From the NCBI GenBank assembly GCA_945879015.1, contig CAMCUO010000006.1, forward strand, positions 1,269-65,268: DNA of 64,000 bases, read 5' to 3'. Positions within the stretch are counted from its first letter, which is position 1; each line of letters opens with the position of its first letter. The notes beneath the pieces are model-generated. The model was not told where the DNA came from, ran no database searches, and saw nothing but the letters and a program-made list of their open reading frames with translations. Positions 42,022 through 53,000 of this stretch are shown here, piece by piece. A program made the translations under genes and the position numbers. Source of the stretch: Chitinophaga pinensis. Lineage in GTDB: Bacteria > Bacteroidota > Bacteroidia > 2-12-FULL-35-15.

Positions 42022-44262
42022 CTACAAAAAATAATATCCTGCACTTCCTAATAAAACTAGCCAAATTAATCCTACAAGTAAATAGCTTTTGTTTTCTTTA
42101 ATCCAAATTATGCTAAGCACAACTAACAATATTGTAAATGTGAGATACGATACGATTCCTCCAATTATTACAGCAGTATTTTTATATGCAAATTCTACTT
42201 TGTGCTCCCCCGCGAGAACAACAACTGACATAGTCATAAAGTTTGAGCGCAATAAATTATTTGTTTGTCCATCTACTTTCACATTCCATCCAGTGTAATT
42301 GTTTTGAAGTAATGTAAGTAACTGGGGTGACTTAGTGTTCACTTTAATTTCAATTTTGGAAGGGCTATATTTTACTATTTCACAAACGCCAGAACTGTCA
42401 TCCACTTTATTGATTGGACTTATCGCTTCTTCAAATCCTCTGTTATCTAAAATTACTGTTTTGTGAGATAATGTAATTTTTTTTGCAAAATAATCTTCTT
42501 CGGAATAAATTTTATTTGAAAGATGAACCAAAGGATTAAATAACATCGAATCATAAAGTGGTCGCATGGAATCCAGCATCATTGCTTGGTTAGTAAAACA
42601 AAATGAGTTAAAAACATCGGCTGAAATTCGTTTGTGAAACACACTTGTGTTGCGATACAACCCGTGCTTTTGGCCAATCTCTTCGGTATTCTCAGAAATG
42701 TTATTCATTTCAGGAATAGGAAATCCTTTTGGCAATGTTGCAACATAATCGTGAAGCTCTTTTGGTGAGGCTTGTGAAACCCCTACATACGCAATGTTCA
42801 ATTGTGTTGCTACTATCATATCCACAACTACAAAAAGAGTAATAATTGCTAGTCGATATTTTTCGGATGCTTTTATTATTGTAATTAAGAGTGCTATCAA
42901 GAATAACAATTGAATACTTCCTTGTAAAATAATGTTCTGATAAAAATTAGCTGCTCTTATAAAATCAAAAATAGTTTCACAATCAGCTAAGAAGAAAAAG
43001 GAGGCGCTATTGTTTTTGATAACTGCAAACACCAAGAGGATAAACATTAAGCCAACTAGTATAGTAACAATTTTTACTAATTTAGTTTTGCTGATTACAA
43101 AGGAAGAAAGCGTAAATGCTAATTGTTTCCCTCCAAAGACCAATAAAATCAATATAGAAAACAAACTGAAATAACTTGGGAAACGGAATAAATTCATAAA
43201 AGGAAAAACACTGTACAAAATTTTGTGAACTGGTGTGTACGAACCAAATGAAGCAAACAAACAAACAAATGCAAAAGCAAGCAACACTTTTTCAATTCCT
43301 TTTTTACTTCTGATAAGTGATAAAATAATAAATGGTAGAATAATTATTCCAATGTAAACATTGCACATTGATTGGTCGGTGTTGTAAAAATCAACGCTGT
43401 TGACTGTTGAAAACGGAACAAACAATGAAAGTAAAGATTGTGGCGACAATGGATTGACGGATGCACTTTTATAGTCCATTCCGCTCAAACGATCAACGTA
43501 TGGCTTTACTTGAAAGAAAACAACTAGTACAACTGTAGAAAGAGCAGCCGTTAAAAAAATAAAAAGCGCATTGAGTTTTAATAATTGGAAAACAATTTGT
43601 TTCTTTTTTTCTCGTATCGCTACAATTATAAAATATCCTCCAATGGCAAGAAATAAATACACAAGTATAAATGTAAACGTGTGATTGCCTCCTGTAAGAT
43701 TAAAAAACAAAAACAAGGAAGCATAAATCGCATACTTATACGATTTGGTAATGTGCATCTTATAATAATTTAAAATAATGAATGGCAACCATGCTGCACC
43801 AATTATTGCATAAAAATGCTGAACGTGTGCAACAAAAAACCCACTTAACATATAACACAAACCTGTTATGAATGCTACATTTTTGTTTTCGTGAAAGCAC
43901 AGAGATAAAAAATACATTCCCATTCCAGCCATAAAGGCATAAAACACAAAAAGCAATTGAACAACATAATTCGATTGCCCGATAGTGCTTCCTAAAATCA
44001 AAGATTCTAAATACCAGGATGGCCCTTGCAAATCGGCATGAATAGGATAGCCTAGTTGTTGATAAGGATCCCAGAAAGGGAAAACATGATTTTGCAAAGA
44101 ATCTGAAATATAATGTCGCCAGGGAATCCAGCAATTAATCATGTCGTGTGTTACTGAATATTTCAAAAATGAAATTTGCCAGTACCCCACAATTGCAACA
44201 ATCAGCAATAAGGTGATGTAGATAAAATGATTCTCTTTTGCTTTTTGTTGGGTAAGCAACAT
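42022..44262 (-). CDS. YfhO family polytopic membrane protein
   Basis: 746 aa. N-terminal WIPWRHY...FWDPYQQLGYP pattern of the YfhO family. Many TM helices. Confidence 0.65.
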   Translation of the reverse strand: MLLTQQKAKENHFIYITLLLIVAIVGYWQISFLKYSVTHDMINCWIPWRHYISDSLQNHVFPFWDPYQQLGYPIHADLQGPSWYLESLILGSTIGQSNYVVQLLFVFYAFMAGMGMYFLSLCFHENKNVAFITGLCYMLSGFFVAHVQHFYAIIGAAWLPFIILNYYKMHITKSYKYAIYASLFLFFNLTGGNHTFTFILVYLFLAIGGYFIIVAIREKKKQIVFQLLKLNALFIFLTAALSTVVLVVFFQVKPYVDRLSGMDYKSASVNPLSPQSLLSLFVPFSTVNSVDFYNTDQSMCNVYIGIIILPFIILSLIRSKKGIEKVLLAFAFVCLFASFGSYTPVHKILYSVFPFMNLFRFPSYFSLFSILILLVFGGKQLAFTLSSFVISKTKLVKIVTILVGLMFILLVFAVIKNNSASFFFLADCETIFDFIRAANFYQNIILQGSIQLLFLIALLITIIKASEKYRLAIITLFVVVDMIVATQLNIAYVGVSQASPKELHDYVATLPKGFPIPEMNNISENTEEIGQKHGLYRNTSVFHKRISADVFNSFCFTNQAMMLDSMRPLYDSMLFNPLVHLSNKIYSEEDYFAKKITLSHKTVILDNRGFEEAISPINKVDDSSGVCEIVKYSPSKIEIKVNTKSPQLLTLLQNNYTGWNVKVDGQTNNLLRSNFMTMSVVVLAGEHKVEFAYKNTAVIIGGIVSYLTFTILLVVLSIIWIKENKSYLLVGLIWLVLLGSAGYYFL

Positions 44263-44373
44263 GCAATGATTTTTAATTTTATATCAATTGTTAATATAAA
44301 ATACTCCAAAGGATATTTTATATTTTACAATTGTAAATCCAGATACATAATTTATATTATGTCTTCGGGATAC

Positions 44374-46080
44374 CTAAATAGATTCGAAAATCGGACCTTC
44401 TCTCTTCACAACATTTTTTTCTGTCAAGGAAGTCAATATTTTATTCAATTGATTTTTTGAAATTCCTGTCGCTTCACTTACACTTACAACTGTTGCTTGA
44501 TTTTGTTTTTTTACTTCGTCCAACACTTTTTGTTCTTCGTCAGTTAGAACAACAACTGCTTTCTTTACTTCTTCAGGGCGCATTTGAGGGAAAAACAATA
44601 CATCCTGAATAGAAACATTATTCGTCATAATCATTGCCAAACGATCGATTCCAATACCAATTCCAGATGTTGGTGGCATACCATATTCCAATGCGCGTAA
44701 AAAATCATGGTCGATAAACATTGCTTCATCATCTCCACGTTCCATTAATGCTATTTGTTCTTCAAATCGTTCACGTTGATCAATTGGATCGTTCAACTCA
44801 GAATAAGCGTTTGCTAATTCTTTTCCGTTCACCATTAACTCAAAGCGTTCAACCAATCCTGGTTTACTACGATGCTTTTTTGTAAGCGGGCTCATTTCTA
44901 CAGGATAATCTGTAATAAAAGTTGGTTGAATATAATTTCCTTCACATTTCGCTCCGAAAATTTCATCAATCAATTTTCCTTTACCAATATTATCTGCAAC
45001 AGCAATGTGTAATGTTTTACAAGTAGCTCGCAATTGTGCTTCATCCATTCCGCTAATATCAATTCCAGTAAAATCTTTGATAGAATCAAACATGGTAATT
45101 CGTTTGAATGGACGTTTAAAATCAATCATTTTATCTCCAACAGGAACAGATGTTGTTCCATTTACATTGATAGCAATTTTTTCAAGCAACTCTTCCGTAA
45201 TATCCATCATCCAATTGTAATCTTTATAAGCAACATACAATTCCATTACCGTAAATTCAGGATTGTGTGTTCTGTCCATTCCTTCGTTACGGAAGTTTCT
45301 GGAAAACTCATACACCCCATCAAATCCACCGACAATTAATCGTTTTAAATACAATTCATTTGCAATACGCAAATACATCGGAATGTTTAATGTGTTGTGA
45401 TGTGTTGTGAAAGGACGAGCAGAAGCTCCACCCGGAATCGCCTGTAAAACGGGAGTATCTACTTCTAAATAACCTCTTTCATTATAAAAATCGCGAATGG
45501 TATTTACCATTTTTGTGCGTTTGATAAATGTTTCTTTTACAGATGGATTTACAATCAAATCGACATAACGTTGGCGGTAACGAAACTCTGGATCAGTTAC
45601 TTCATCAAACACATTTCCTTCATCATCGCGTTTCACAGAAGGCAATGGTCGTAAGGATTTGCTCAACATTTTAAAAGATGTTGCATGGATAGAAATTTCA
45701 CCTACTTTGGTTACAAAAACGTAACCTGTGATTCCAACAATATCTCCTAAATCGGTATGTTTTTTAAATAATAAATCGAATATACTTCTGTCCTCTTCCA
45801 CTCCAATATCATCTCTGCGGATGTAAACCTGAATGCGACCAGTTGCATCCTGCAAACTAACAAAACACGCCTTTCCCATATCACGGTTGCTCATTACGCG
45901 ACCAGCAATAGATATATTTTTAAATTCTTCTGCTTTTTCAGGAGTAAAATTTTCTAAAATGCCTTTTGCTGTTGCATTGATTTCCACTAATGCAGCAGGA
46001 TAGGCGTCAATTCCCATTTTAGTAATCTCTTCTAATTTCGCTCTACGCAATAGTTCTTGTTCGCTTAATTCAGTACTCAT
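44374..46080 (-). CDS. lysS: lysine--tRNA ligase (class II) with C-terminal extension
   Basis: OB anticodon-binding domain plus class II motifs. 568 aa Bacteroidota-type. Confidence 0.95.
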   Translation of the reverse strand: MSTELSEQELLRRAKLEEITKMGIDAYPAALVEINATAKGILENFTPEKAEEFKNISIAGRVMSNRDMGKACFVSLQDATGRIQVYIRRDDIGVEEDRSIFDLLFKKHTDLGDIVGITGYVFVTKVGEISIHATSFKMLSKSLRPLPSVKRDDEGNVFDEVTDPEFRYRQRYVDLIVNPSVKETFIKRTKMVNTIRDFYNERGYLEVDTPVLQAIPGGASARPFTTHHNTLNIPMYLRIANELYLKRLIVGGFDGVYEFSRNFRNEGMDRTHNPEFTVMELYVAYKDYNWMMDITEELLEKIAINVNGTTSVPVGDKMIDFKRPFKRITMFDSIKDFTGIDISGMDEAQLRATCKTLHIAVADNIGKGKLIDEIFGAKCEGNYIQPTFITDYPVEMSPLTKKHRSKPGLVERFELMVNGKELANAYSELNDPIDQRERFEEQIALMERGDDEAMFIDHDFLRALEYGMPPTSGIGIGIDRLAMIMTNNVSIQDVLFFPQMRPEEVKKAVVVLTDEEQKVLDEVKKQNQATVVSVSEATGISKNQLNKILTSLTEKNVVKREGPIFESI

Positions 46081-46216
46081 TATGTTTTTTCTTAATTTTT
46101 AAATGATTACAAATATACACGCAATAGGGCTTTAATGGATGCGTTAATTTGTCTTTTTTTGAGCATTTATTTAACCAAAAGTCGTACTTTTACTGCCCTT
46201 GAAGACCAAATAAGAT

Positions 46217-47200
46217 ATGAAAACATTAGTCGAGAATTTTTCAAAACAATTGACAGAGGCCATTGCTATTGGCAGCAACGCTAAATTAACTGCTTCTCCA
46301 AGCAAAATTTCCAACGTATTAATTTGCGGTTTGGGCGGCTCTGGCATTGGCGGAAGCATTGCTGCGGAGCTGGTAGCTGGAAATGCAAATGTTCCAATTA
46401 ACGTTACGAAAGGATATTTTATTCCTGCATATGTGAATGAAAACACTTTGGTGATTATTTCATCCTATTCAGGAAATACGGAGGAAACTTTGAATTGCAT
46501 GGAGCAGGCAATTGCAAAAAATGCAAAAATTGTTGGAATCACTTCAGCTGGAAAAGTATTAGAAACATGCAAATCAAAAAATTATGATTGCATTGTTGTT
46601 CCAGGCGGAATGCCTCCTCGTTCTTGTTTGGGATATTCATTAACTCAGTTGTTTTTTGTACTTGGTTTTCATAAAATCATTAACAATAATTATAAAGGAG
46701 AATTAGAAGCTGCAGTAAAATTGATCGACACAGAAGCGAATTCGATTATTTCAGAAGCGAAAAATATTGCCGAAAAAATAAAAGGGAAAATTCCAGTTAT
46801 TTATGCAACTACTTATAACGAAGGAATTGCGATTCGTTTCCGTCAACAATTAAACGAAAATTCTAAAATACTTTGCTGGCACCAAATTGTTCCAGAAATG
46901 AACCATAACGAATTAGTAGGCTGGACAGAGAAAAACGAGAATTTAAGTGTATTGTTTTTTCTTGATAAAGATGAGTATTCTCGAAATTTAGCACGTGTTG
47001 ATATGAATAAAGAAGTCATAAAAAAATACGCAGCAAGCATAACTGAAATTTATTCAAAAGGAAATTCAATTATTGAAAAAGCGATTTACTTTATTCATTT
47101 AGGCGATTGGGTTTCTGTCGCATTAGGTGAAATGCGTGGTGTGGATTTGATGGAAGTGAATGTGATTAATCATTTGAAATCGAAATTGTCGGAGCTGTAG
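46217..47200 (+). CDS. bifunctional phosphoglucose/phosphomannose isomerase (SIS domain)
   Basis: LICGLGGSGIGGS SIS motif. About 327 aa PGI/PMI family. Confidence 0.82.
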   Translation: MKTLVENFSKQLTEAIAIGSNAKLTASPSKISNVLICGLGGSGIGGSIAAELVAGNANVPINVTKGYFIPAYVNENTLVIISSYSGNTEETLNCMEQAIAKNAKIVGITSAGKVLETCKSKNYDCIVVPGGMPPRSCLGYSLTQLFFVLGFHKIINNNYKGELEAAVKLIDTEANSIISEAKNIAEKIKGKIPVIYATTYNEGIAIRFRQQLNENSKILCWHQIVPEMNHNELVGWTEKNENLSVLFFLDKDEYSRNLARVDMNKEVIKKYAASITEIYSKGNSIIEKAIYFIHLGDWVSVALGEMRGVDLMEVNVINHLKSKLSEL

Positions 47201-47225
47201 ACGGAAATTTTTCTTAGCGATGGAA

Positions 47226-47277
47226 AACACACCCCTAGACCCGCTCAAGAGGGAAATTGATTCGACTCCGATTTTTT
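47226..47277. repeat. GC-rich palindromic dispersed repeat, family A copy
   Basis: AAACACACCCCTAGACCCGCTCAAGAGGGAAATTGATTCGACTCC compared with the reverse complement of 29001-29043. Confidence 0.6.
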
Positions 47278-47323
47278 AACAAACACAGATTCGTAATATT
47301 CGCATAGATTAGTTATCCGTAAC

Positions 47324-48022
47324 ATGCCTAAAGTTAAATTCATAGATCTTGGTTTAATCGACTACAAAGAAGCTTGGGATTACCAGGAAACTTTGTTTAG
47401 TGGCATTGTTAAAACCAAAATTGATAACCGCTCACTTCCCAACAACCAACAACTAATAACCAACAATTATCTTTTATTCTGCGAACACCTACACGTTTAT
47501 ACGCTTGGAAACACTGGTGATAAAGAGCATTTGTTAATCAATGAAAATCAGCTCAAAGAAAAAAATGCTACTTATTATAAAATCAATCGTGGTGGCGATA
47601 TTACTTATCATGGTCCTGGACAAATTGTTACTTACCCTATTTTAGATTTGGATAATTTTTTTACAGACATTCATAAATATTTACGTTTTCTAGAAGAAAT
47701 TGTGATTCGCACTTTGGCTGAATATAATGTTGTTGCAGGAAGAAGTGAAGGAGAAACAGGTGTTTGGATTGATGCTACCAATCCTTTAAAAGCAAGAAAA
47801 ATTTGTGCAATGGGTGTAAGAGCAAGTCGCTGGGTAACTATGCATGGCTTTGCTTTTAATACAAACATTGATTTAAATTATTTTGGAAATATTATTCCTT
47901 GCGGCATTGATAAGGCCGTGACTTCTCTTGATAAAGAACTTGGACGAAAAATAGATGAAGAAGAAGTGAAAGAGAAATTAAAAAAACATTTTGCCCAATT
48001 ATTTGAATGTGAAATCATATAA
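47324..48022 (+). CDS. lipB: lipoyl(octanoyl) transferase
   Basis: RGGDITYHGPGQ motif. Confidence 0.92.
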   Translation: MPKVKFIDLGLIDYKEAWDYQETLFSGIVKTKIDNRSLPNNQQLITNNYLLFCEHLHVYTLGNTGDKEHLLINENQLKEKNATYYKINRGGDITYHGPGQIVTYPILDLDNFFTDIHKYLRFLEEIVIRTLAEYNVVAGRSEGETGVWIDATNPLKARKICAMGVRASRWVTMHGFAFNTNIDLNYFGNIIPCGIDKAVTSLDKELGRKIDEEEVKEKLKKHFAQLFECEII

Positions 48023-48027
48023 ATAAA

Positions 48028-48615
48028 TTGAACTACTACATCATTTACAAACCTTATAAAATGATTTCACAATTCACTTCTTCTCATAAAAAGAAAAAGT
48101 GCTTGGGGGAGTTGGGATTTACTTTTCCAAAAGATGTTTATCCTTTGGGGAGATTAGACGAAAATAGTGAAGGACTTTTAATTTTAACAAACGATAAAAA
48201 TTTAAACTATCGTTTATTAAAACCTGAGTTTGAACATAAACGTATTTATTTGGTTCAATTACAAGGAATCGTAACATCGGAAGCGCTCAAACAATTAGAA
48301 GCAGGAATAACTATCGCGCTTGACGCTGGTCCATATTTAACAAACCCCTGTAAAGCAAAACAAGTCAAAAAGCCCGAGAATTTGCCTCCTCGCGGACATC
48401 CAATCAGTGAGTCTTTACCAACTTCTTGGATTGAGCTCACATTAACGGAAGGGAAATTTCATCAAGTTAGAAAAATGACTGCAGGAGTTGGATTTCCTTG
48501 TCTCCGCTTGATTCGCATTGCTATTGAAGACATTCGTTTAGAAAAAATGCAGCCTTCCGAAGTGCGCGAACTCAAACGAGATGCAATCTATAAGCGATTG
48601 AATATAGAATTGTAA
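48028..48615 (+). CDS. RsuA/RluF-type pseudouridine synthase (no S4 domain)
   Basis: GRLD catalytic Asp motif (PLGRLDENSEGLLILTND). Confidence 0.85.
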   Translation: MNYYIIYKPYKMISQFTSSHKKKKCLGELGFTFPKDVYPLGRLDENSEGLLILTNDKNLNYRLLKPEFEHKRIYLVQLQGIVTSEALKQLEAGITIALDAGPYLTNPCKAKQVKKPENLPPRGHPISESLPTSWIELTLTEGKFHQVRKMTAGVGFPCLRLIRIAIEDIRLEKMQPSEVRELKRDAIYKRLNIEL

Positions 48616-48660
48616 CGCTTATCCAACTATTCCAATTCCTTACCTCTTTTTATTGGTTTT

Positions 48661-50079
48661 ATGCGCCTGAAAACAATGAAAATTGTCAATATTTTCTTAC
48701 TTTCGTTTTCGGATAAAACAATCCTTATGTCCCCAGTAAGAGCAACTATTCTCGAGAAGATAAAGTTTCCTTTTTTAAGGATTGCATTGCTATGTATAAT
48801 TTCTATTTCAATCTCAAATACTTCATCTGCTCAAGCTCCAGGAATGTTGGAATTTGAAGGAAAAACTACAAAAGATGGCAAAATTTTATCTGGCGCAACC
48901 GTTACTGTTTATAGAAACGGAACAATTGAACAAGAAAAAATAAAAACTGGAAAAAACGGTAAGTTTTCATTTTCATTAGTCTTTGGAACCGATTATAAAA
49001 TCGCCTTTTCTTATCCTGGCTGTGCCGACATGCACGTAATGGTTTACACAGGTATACTTCCAAAAGAAAAAAACAATATTTTCCCGCTTTATGTTTTGGA
49101 CATTCCATTTTTAGAAACTACAAACACTTCTGTTAGAATAACCAAATACAAGAATCCATTTACCAAAGTAATTTACGATGGTAAAAAAGGATTCATGGAT
49201 GATGAAGCATATTTGGCTCAGTTCACTAAAGATTTATTAATAGATCAAGAAGAAATAAACAGGCTGCTTGCTGAAAAAGCGGCGAAGGAAAAAGCAGAGA
49301 AGGATAAATTGTTAGCAGCAGAAAAAGCTAAAAAAGATGCAGAAGAAAAAATAAAACTGGCCGCAATTGCAAAAGCTACTTATGAAGCACGATTAACGGC
49401 AGATGCAAAAGAAAGAGCGGCTGAACTTGCACGATTAAAAGAAGCCGCTAACAACAAAGAAGTTCCCGTTGACCAATCGATGGAAACAGAAGCCATTCGT
49501 TTACAACGTGAAAAGGAAGCAAAAAATTTAATGGCAAAAAAGAATAAAGAAATAAAAACAAATTATGAAAACGATCTTTTAAAGATGGTTGCTGAGAATG
49601 AACGTACAGCCAAACAAAAAGCATATGGTAAACAAAAAGATGCAGCACGAACAAATACTGTAATTGCTCAAATGCGAAAGGAAGCAGATGTAAAAGCAAA
49701 ATCAGATAAACTTAGAGAAGAACAAAAATTAAAGAAAAAAGAATTACTTGCCAATCAACAACAGAAAAACAATGAAATACGCAAACTAGTTGAAGCTGCT
49801 GCTTTCGCCGAACGCTCCGTAAGAATAAGTAATGAAAAAACATTGCCCGATGTAAGAGGTTATACTCCAAAGGAAAGTCCGAATTTTGCAGTTACAGTTG
49901 ATGAAGGAATGGTAAAAACAACTCGTACAACAACTGTAACTCAAGGAAAAAAAATGGATACTTATAGAAAAGAAACTTATTTCTGGGGAACAGTTTATTG
50001 TTATAAAAATGATATTGAAATTGCCGAATTAGTTTATAATAAAGAGATTGCATTTTTCTCAGCTTATCAAAATAAATAA
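48661..50079 (+). CDS. hypothetical exported protein: CarbopepD-regulatory-like beta domain plus long Lys/Ala/Glu coiled coil
   Basis: Signal peptide (alternative start about 48730). GATVTVYRNGT...GKNGKFSF motif. Stop overlaps the next gene start (ATGA). Confidence 0.55.
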   Translation: MRLKTMKIVNIFLLSFSDKTILMSPVRATILEKIKFPFLRIALLCIISISISNTSSAQAPGMLEFEGKTTKDGKILSGATVTVYRNGTIEQEKIKTGKNGKFSFSLVFGTDYKIAFSYPGCADMHVMVYTGILPKEKNNIFPLYVLDIPFLETTNTSVRITKYKNPFTKVIYDGKKGFMDDEAYLAQFTKDLLIDQEEINRLLAEKAAKEKAEKDKLLAAEKAKKDAEEKIKLAAIAKATYEARLTADAKERAAELARLKEAANNKEVPVDQSMETEAIRLQREKEAKNLMAKKNKEIKTNYENDLLKMVAENERTAKQKAYGKQKDAARTNTVIAQMRKEADVKAKSDKLREEQKLKKKELLANQQQKNNEIRKLVEAAAFAERSVRISNEKTLPDVRGYTPKESPNFAVTVDEGMVKTTRTTTVTQGKKMDTYRKETYFWGTVYCYKNDIEIAELVYNKEIAFFSAYQNK

Positions 50080-53000
50080 TGAAACAGATTAAAAAACATC
50101 AACTTGTATTCTATGCATTGCTACTGCAATGCTTGACACTCATAACTAATTCCGTTAAGGCACAAACCACCAGTTTTATTTATTACGGTGTTGAACAAGG
50201 ATTGTCGCAATCGCAAGTTCAAGACCTTATGCAAGATGATGATGGAAACTTGTGGATAGGAACGCTTTCTGGATTAACAAAATATAATGGGCAAGAATTT
50301 AAAACATTTTCGAGAAAAGATTCTTTGGCGGAAGATTGGGTTACATCAATGTGTAAAGATAAAAAGGGAAATATTTGGATGGGACATTGGGCAGGTGGCG
50401 TTTCTATGTATAATAATAAAACAAAGAAAATTGAAAATTTAAATCTAGAAGAATACACTCGCTTTACAACAGTAACGACTATTATTCAAGATATCAATCA
50501 ACGTTTTTGGATTGCAACAGAAGGAGCTGGAATTTTTGTTTATGACCCCGCAAACAAAACAATGATTTCATTAAATAAAAAAGATGGTTTAAGTAGCGAC
50601 AATGTTTATGATGTTTGTTTGGATCAAAAAGGAAATGTTTGGATTGCAACGGATATTGGAATAACTATTTATGATTCAAAAAAAGACATTACATCATCTT
50701 CTTCCTATAGTAGTTTAAATACAGGAAATGGTTTGCATAGCAATAGAATTACAACACTTGCATTGGTAAACTACAACGAAATTTGGGTGGGGACTGCTGA
50801 TGCTGGATTAATGGCGCTTATAGTGAAAGATGAGTTTAATGCAAAACTTCCAACCGAAGCAATAACTGGATTAGGAAATAGAGTAACGATGGCAGATGGC
50901 ATTGGTGCCGATTTTATCAATTGTATTTACGAAGACAAAACGCATAATATTTGGATTGGAACAACCGGTGGTGGCGCAACTAAAATTAAACCTTACCCTT
51001 CTAAAGAAAGAACAGAAGCTATTTCTAAAGCCATCATTTATAACTACAATACAAAACAAGGATTAAATTATTTTAATGTAAATACTATTTTTCAAGATCG
51101 CGAAGGAGCTGTTTGGATTGGAACTGACATTGGATTAAATCAATATCGCGGTGAACGTTTTCAAATTTATGATGAGGGAGATTTGATCGTAAATAATTTA
51201 GTGTGGACAACCTTGTGTGATAAAGAAGGAAATATTTGGCTGGGAACGAATGATGGAATTTCAAAAATTACTTTTAGTTATTCTGCCATAAACAAAAAAG
51301 AAAATCACACCATTCAAAATTATTCTACTAAAGATGGTTTGCCGAGCAACGTTATTCTTTCTTCTTTTGAAGACAAAGATGGCAACTTGTGGTTTGGAAC
51401 TGGCTTTGCTGGAGTTTGTAAATACAATAAAACAACAAACAAATTTGAATCTTATTCTACGGCTGATGGGTTAGCTGGCGATATGGTTTATGCCATAAGT
51501 GATGACAACAAAGGAAATTTATGGTTCGGAACAAAACAAGGCGCATCTAAATTTGATCTTGTTGCTAAAACATTTAGAAATTATTCTCTCGCTGATGGAT
51601 TAGGTGGAAATAACATTTACAGAATATTTAAAGATTCCAAAGGAAATTTATGGTTTGGAGCTTTGGGCGGAAGTTTATCCATGTTTGATGGTTCTAGTTT
51701 CAAATCATTTGGTGAAGAAGATGGAATGAGGCATCGTTTTATTTTATGTATAAACGAAGATAAAAATCACAATCTCTGGTTTGGTGCTTATGGTGGTGGC
51801 TTGTACAAATACGATGGAAAAGTATTCACAAACTATACGGTAAAAGAAGGACTAACAACTGATTCACCTTATTCAATTATTGCTGATAACGAAAATCATA
51901 TTTGGATTGGAAGTAGCAGAGGAATTGATCGTTTTGACGAAAAAAATTCTTCGTTTGTACATTATGGAAAAGCAGAAGGCTTTTTGGGAGTTGAAACCAA
52001 TCCAAATGCCGTTTGTTTAGATGCTGAAGGAAATCTTTGGTATGGAAGCATCATGGGCGCTGTAAGATACAGTCCGAAAGAAGACAAACCAAATTCGGCT
52101 GAGCCAGTTACTTTCATAACGAGTTTAAAATTATTTATGAAGGATTTTGAATTCCCAGATGATGCTAGATTTAAATACAACGAAAATCATTTGACTTTTA
52201 ATTTTGTTGGGGTTAGCTTAAACAATCCTGAAAAAGTAAAATATCAATATAAGCTAGAAGGGTTTGATAAAGATTGGCTTCCTGGTTATACAACGATAAA
52301 TGAAGCGGTTTACACCAACTTGCCTCCAGGAACTTATACTTTTTTAGTGCGTGCATTTAACAATGATGGGACAGGAAACATCAGGGCTACAGAATACAAA
52401 TTTCAAATTTCTCCACCATTTTGGCAAACTGCTGTGTTTTATGTTTTAGTATTCCTGTTTGCTGTCTTCGGATTATATGTATTTGACAAAATGCGAACAC
52501 GCAAATTAAAAGTTGCGAAAAAATTATTGGAAGACAAAGTTGACGAACGCACGGAAGAGCTTGCAATTAAAAATGCAGAGTTAGCAGAAAAAAATAAAGA
52601 TATTACTGATAGTATTCGTTATGCAAAACGAATTCAAGAAGCAATTCTTCCTCCTGCTAACGTAATTAAAAACTATTTCCCTAACTCGTTTGTGTTTTCA
52701 AAACCAAAAGATATTGTGAGTGGAGATTTTTATTGGCTAGATAAAAAAGAAGATGAAATAATGTTTGCTGCTGTAGATTGTACTGGGCACGGTGTTCCTG
52801 GAGCATTTATGAGTATTGTTGGTGCGAATATTTTAACTCAAGCGTTGAATGAAAGTAACGCAATTATTCCTTCTAAGTTTTTAGATAAACTAAACAAAGG
52901 AGTTAGCGAAACATTAAATCAAACTTCTGAAGACGCAAGATTACGAGACGGAATGGATATCGCCTTGTGTACAATTAATTTCAAAACAATGGAGCTGCAA

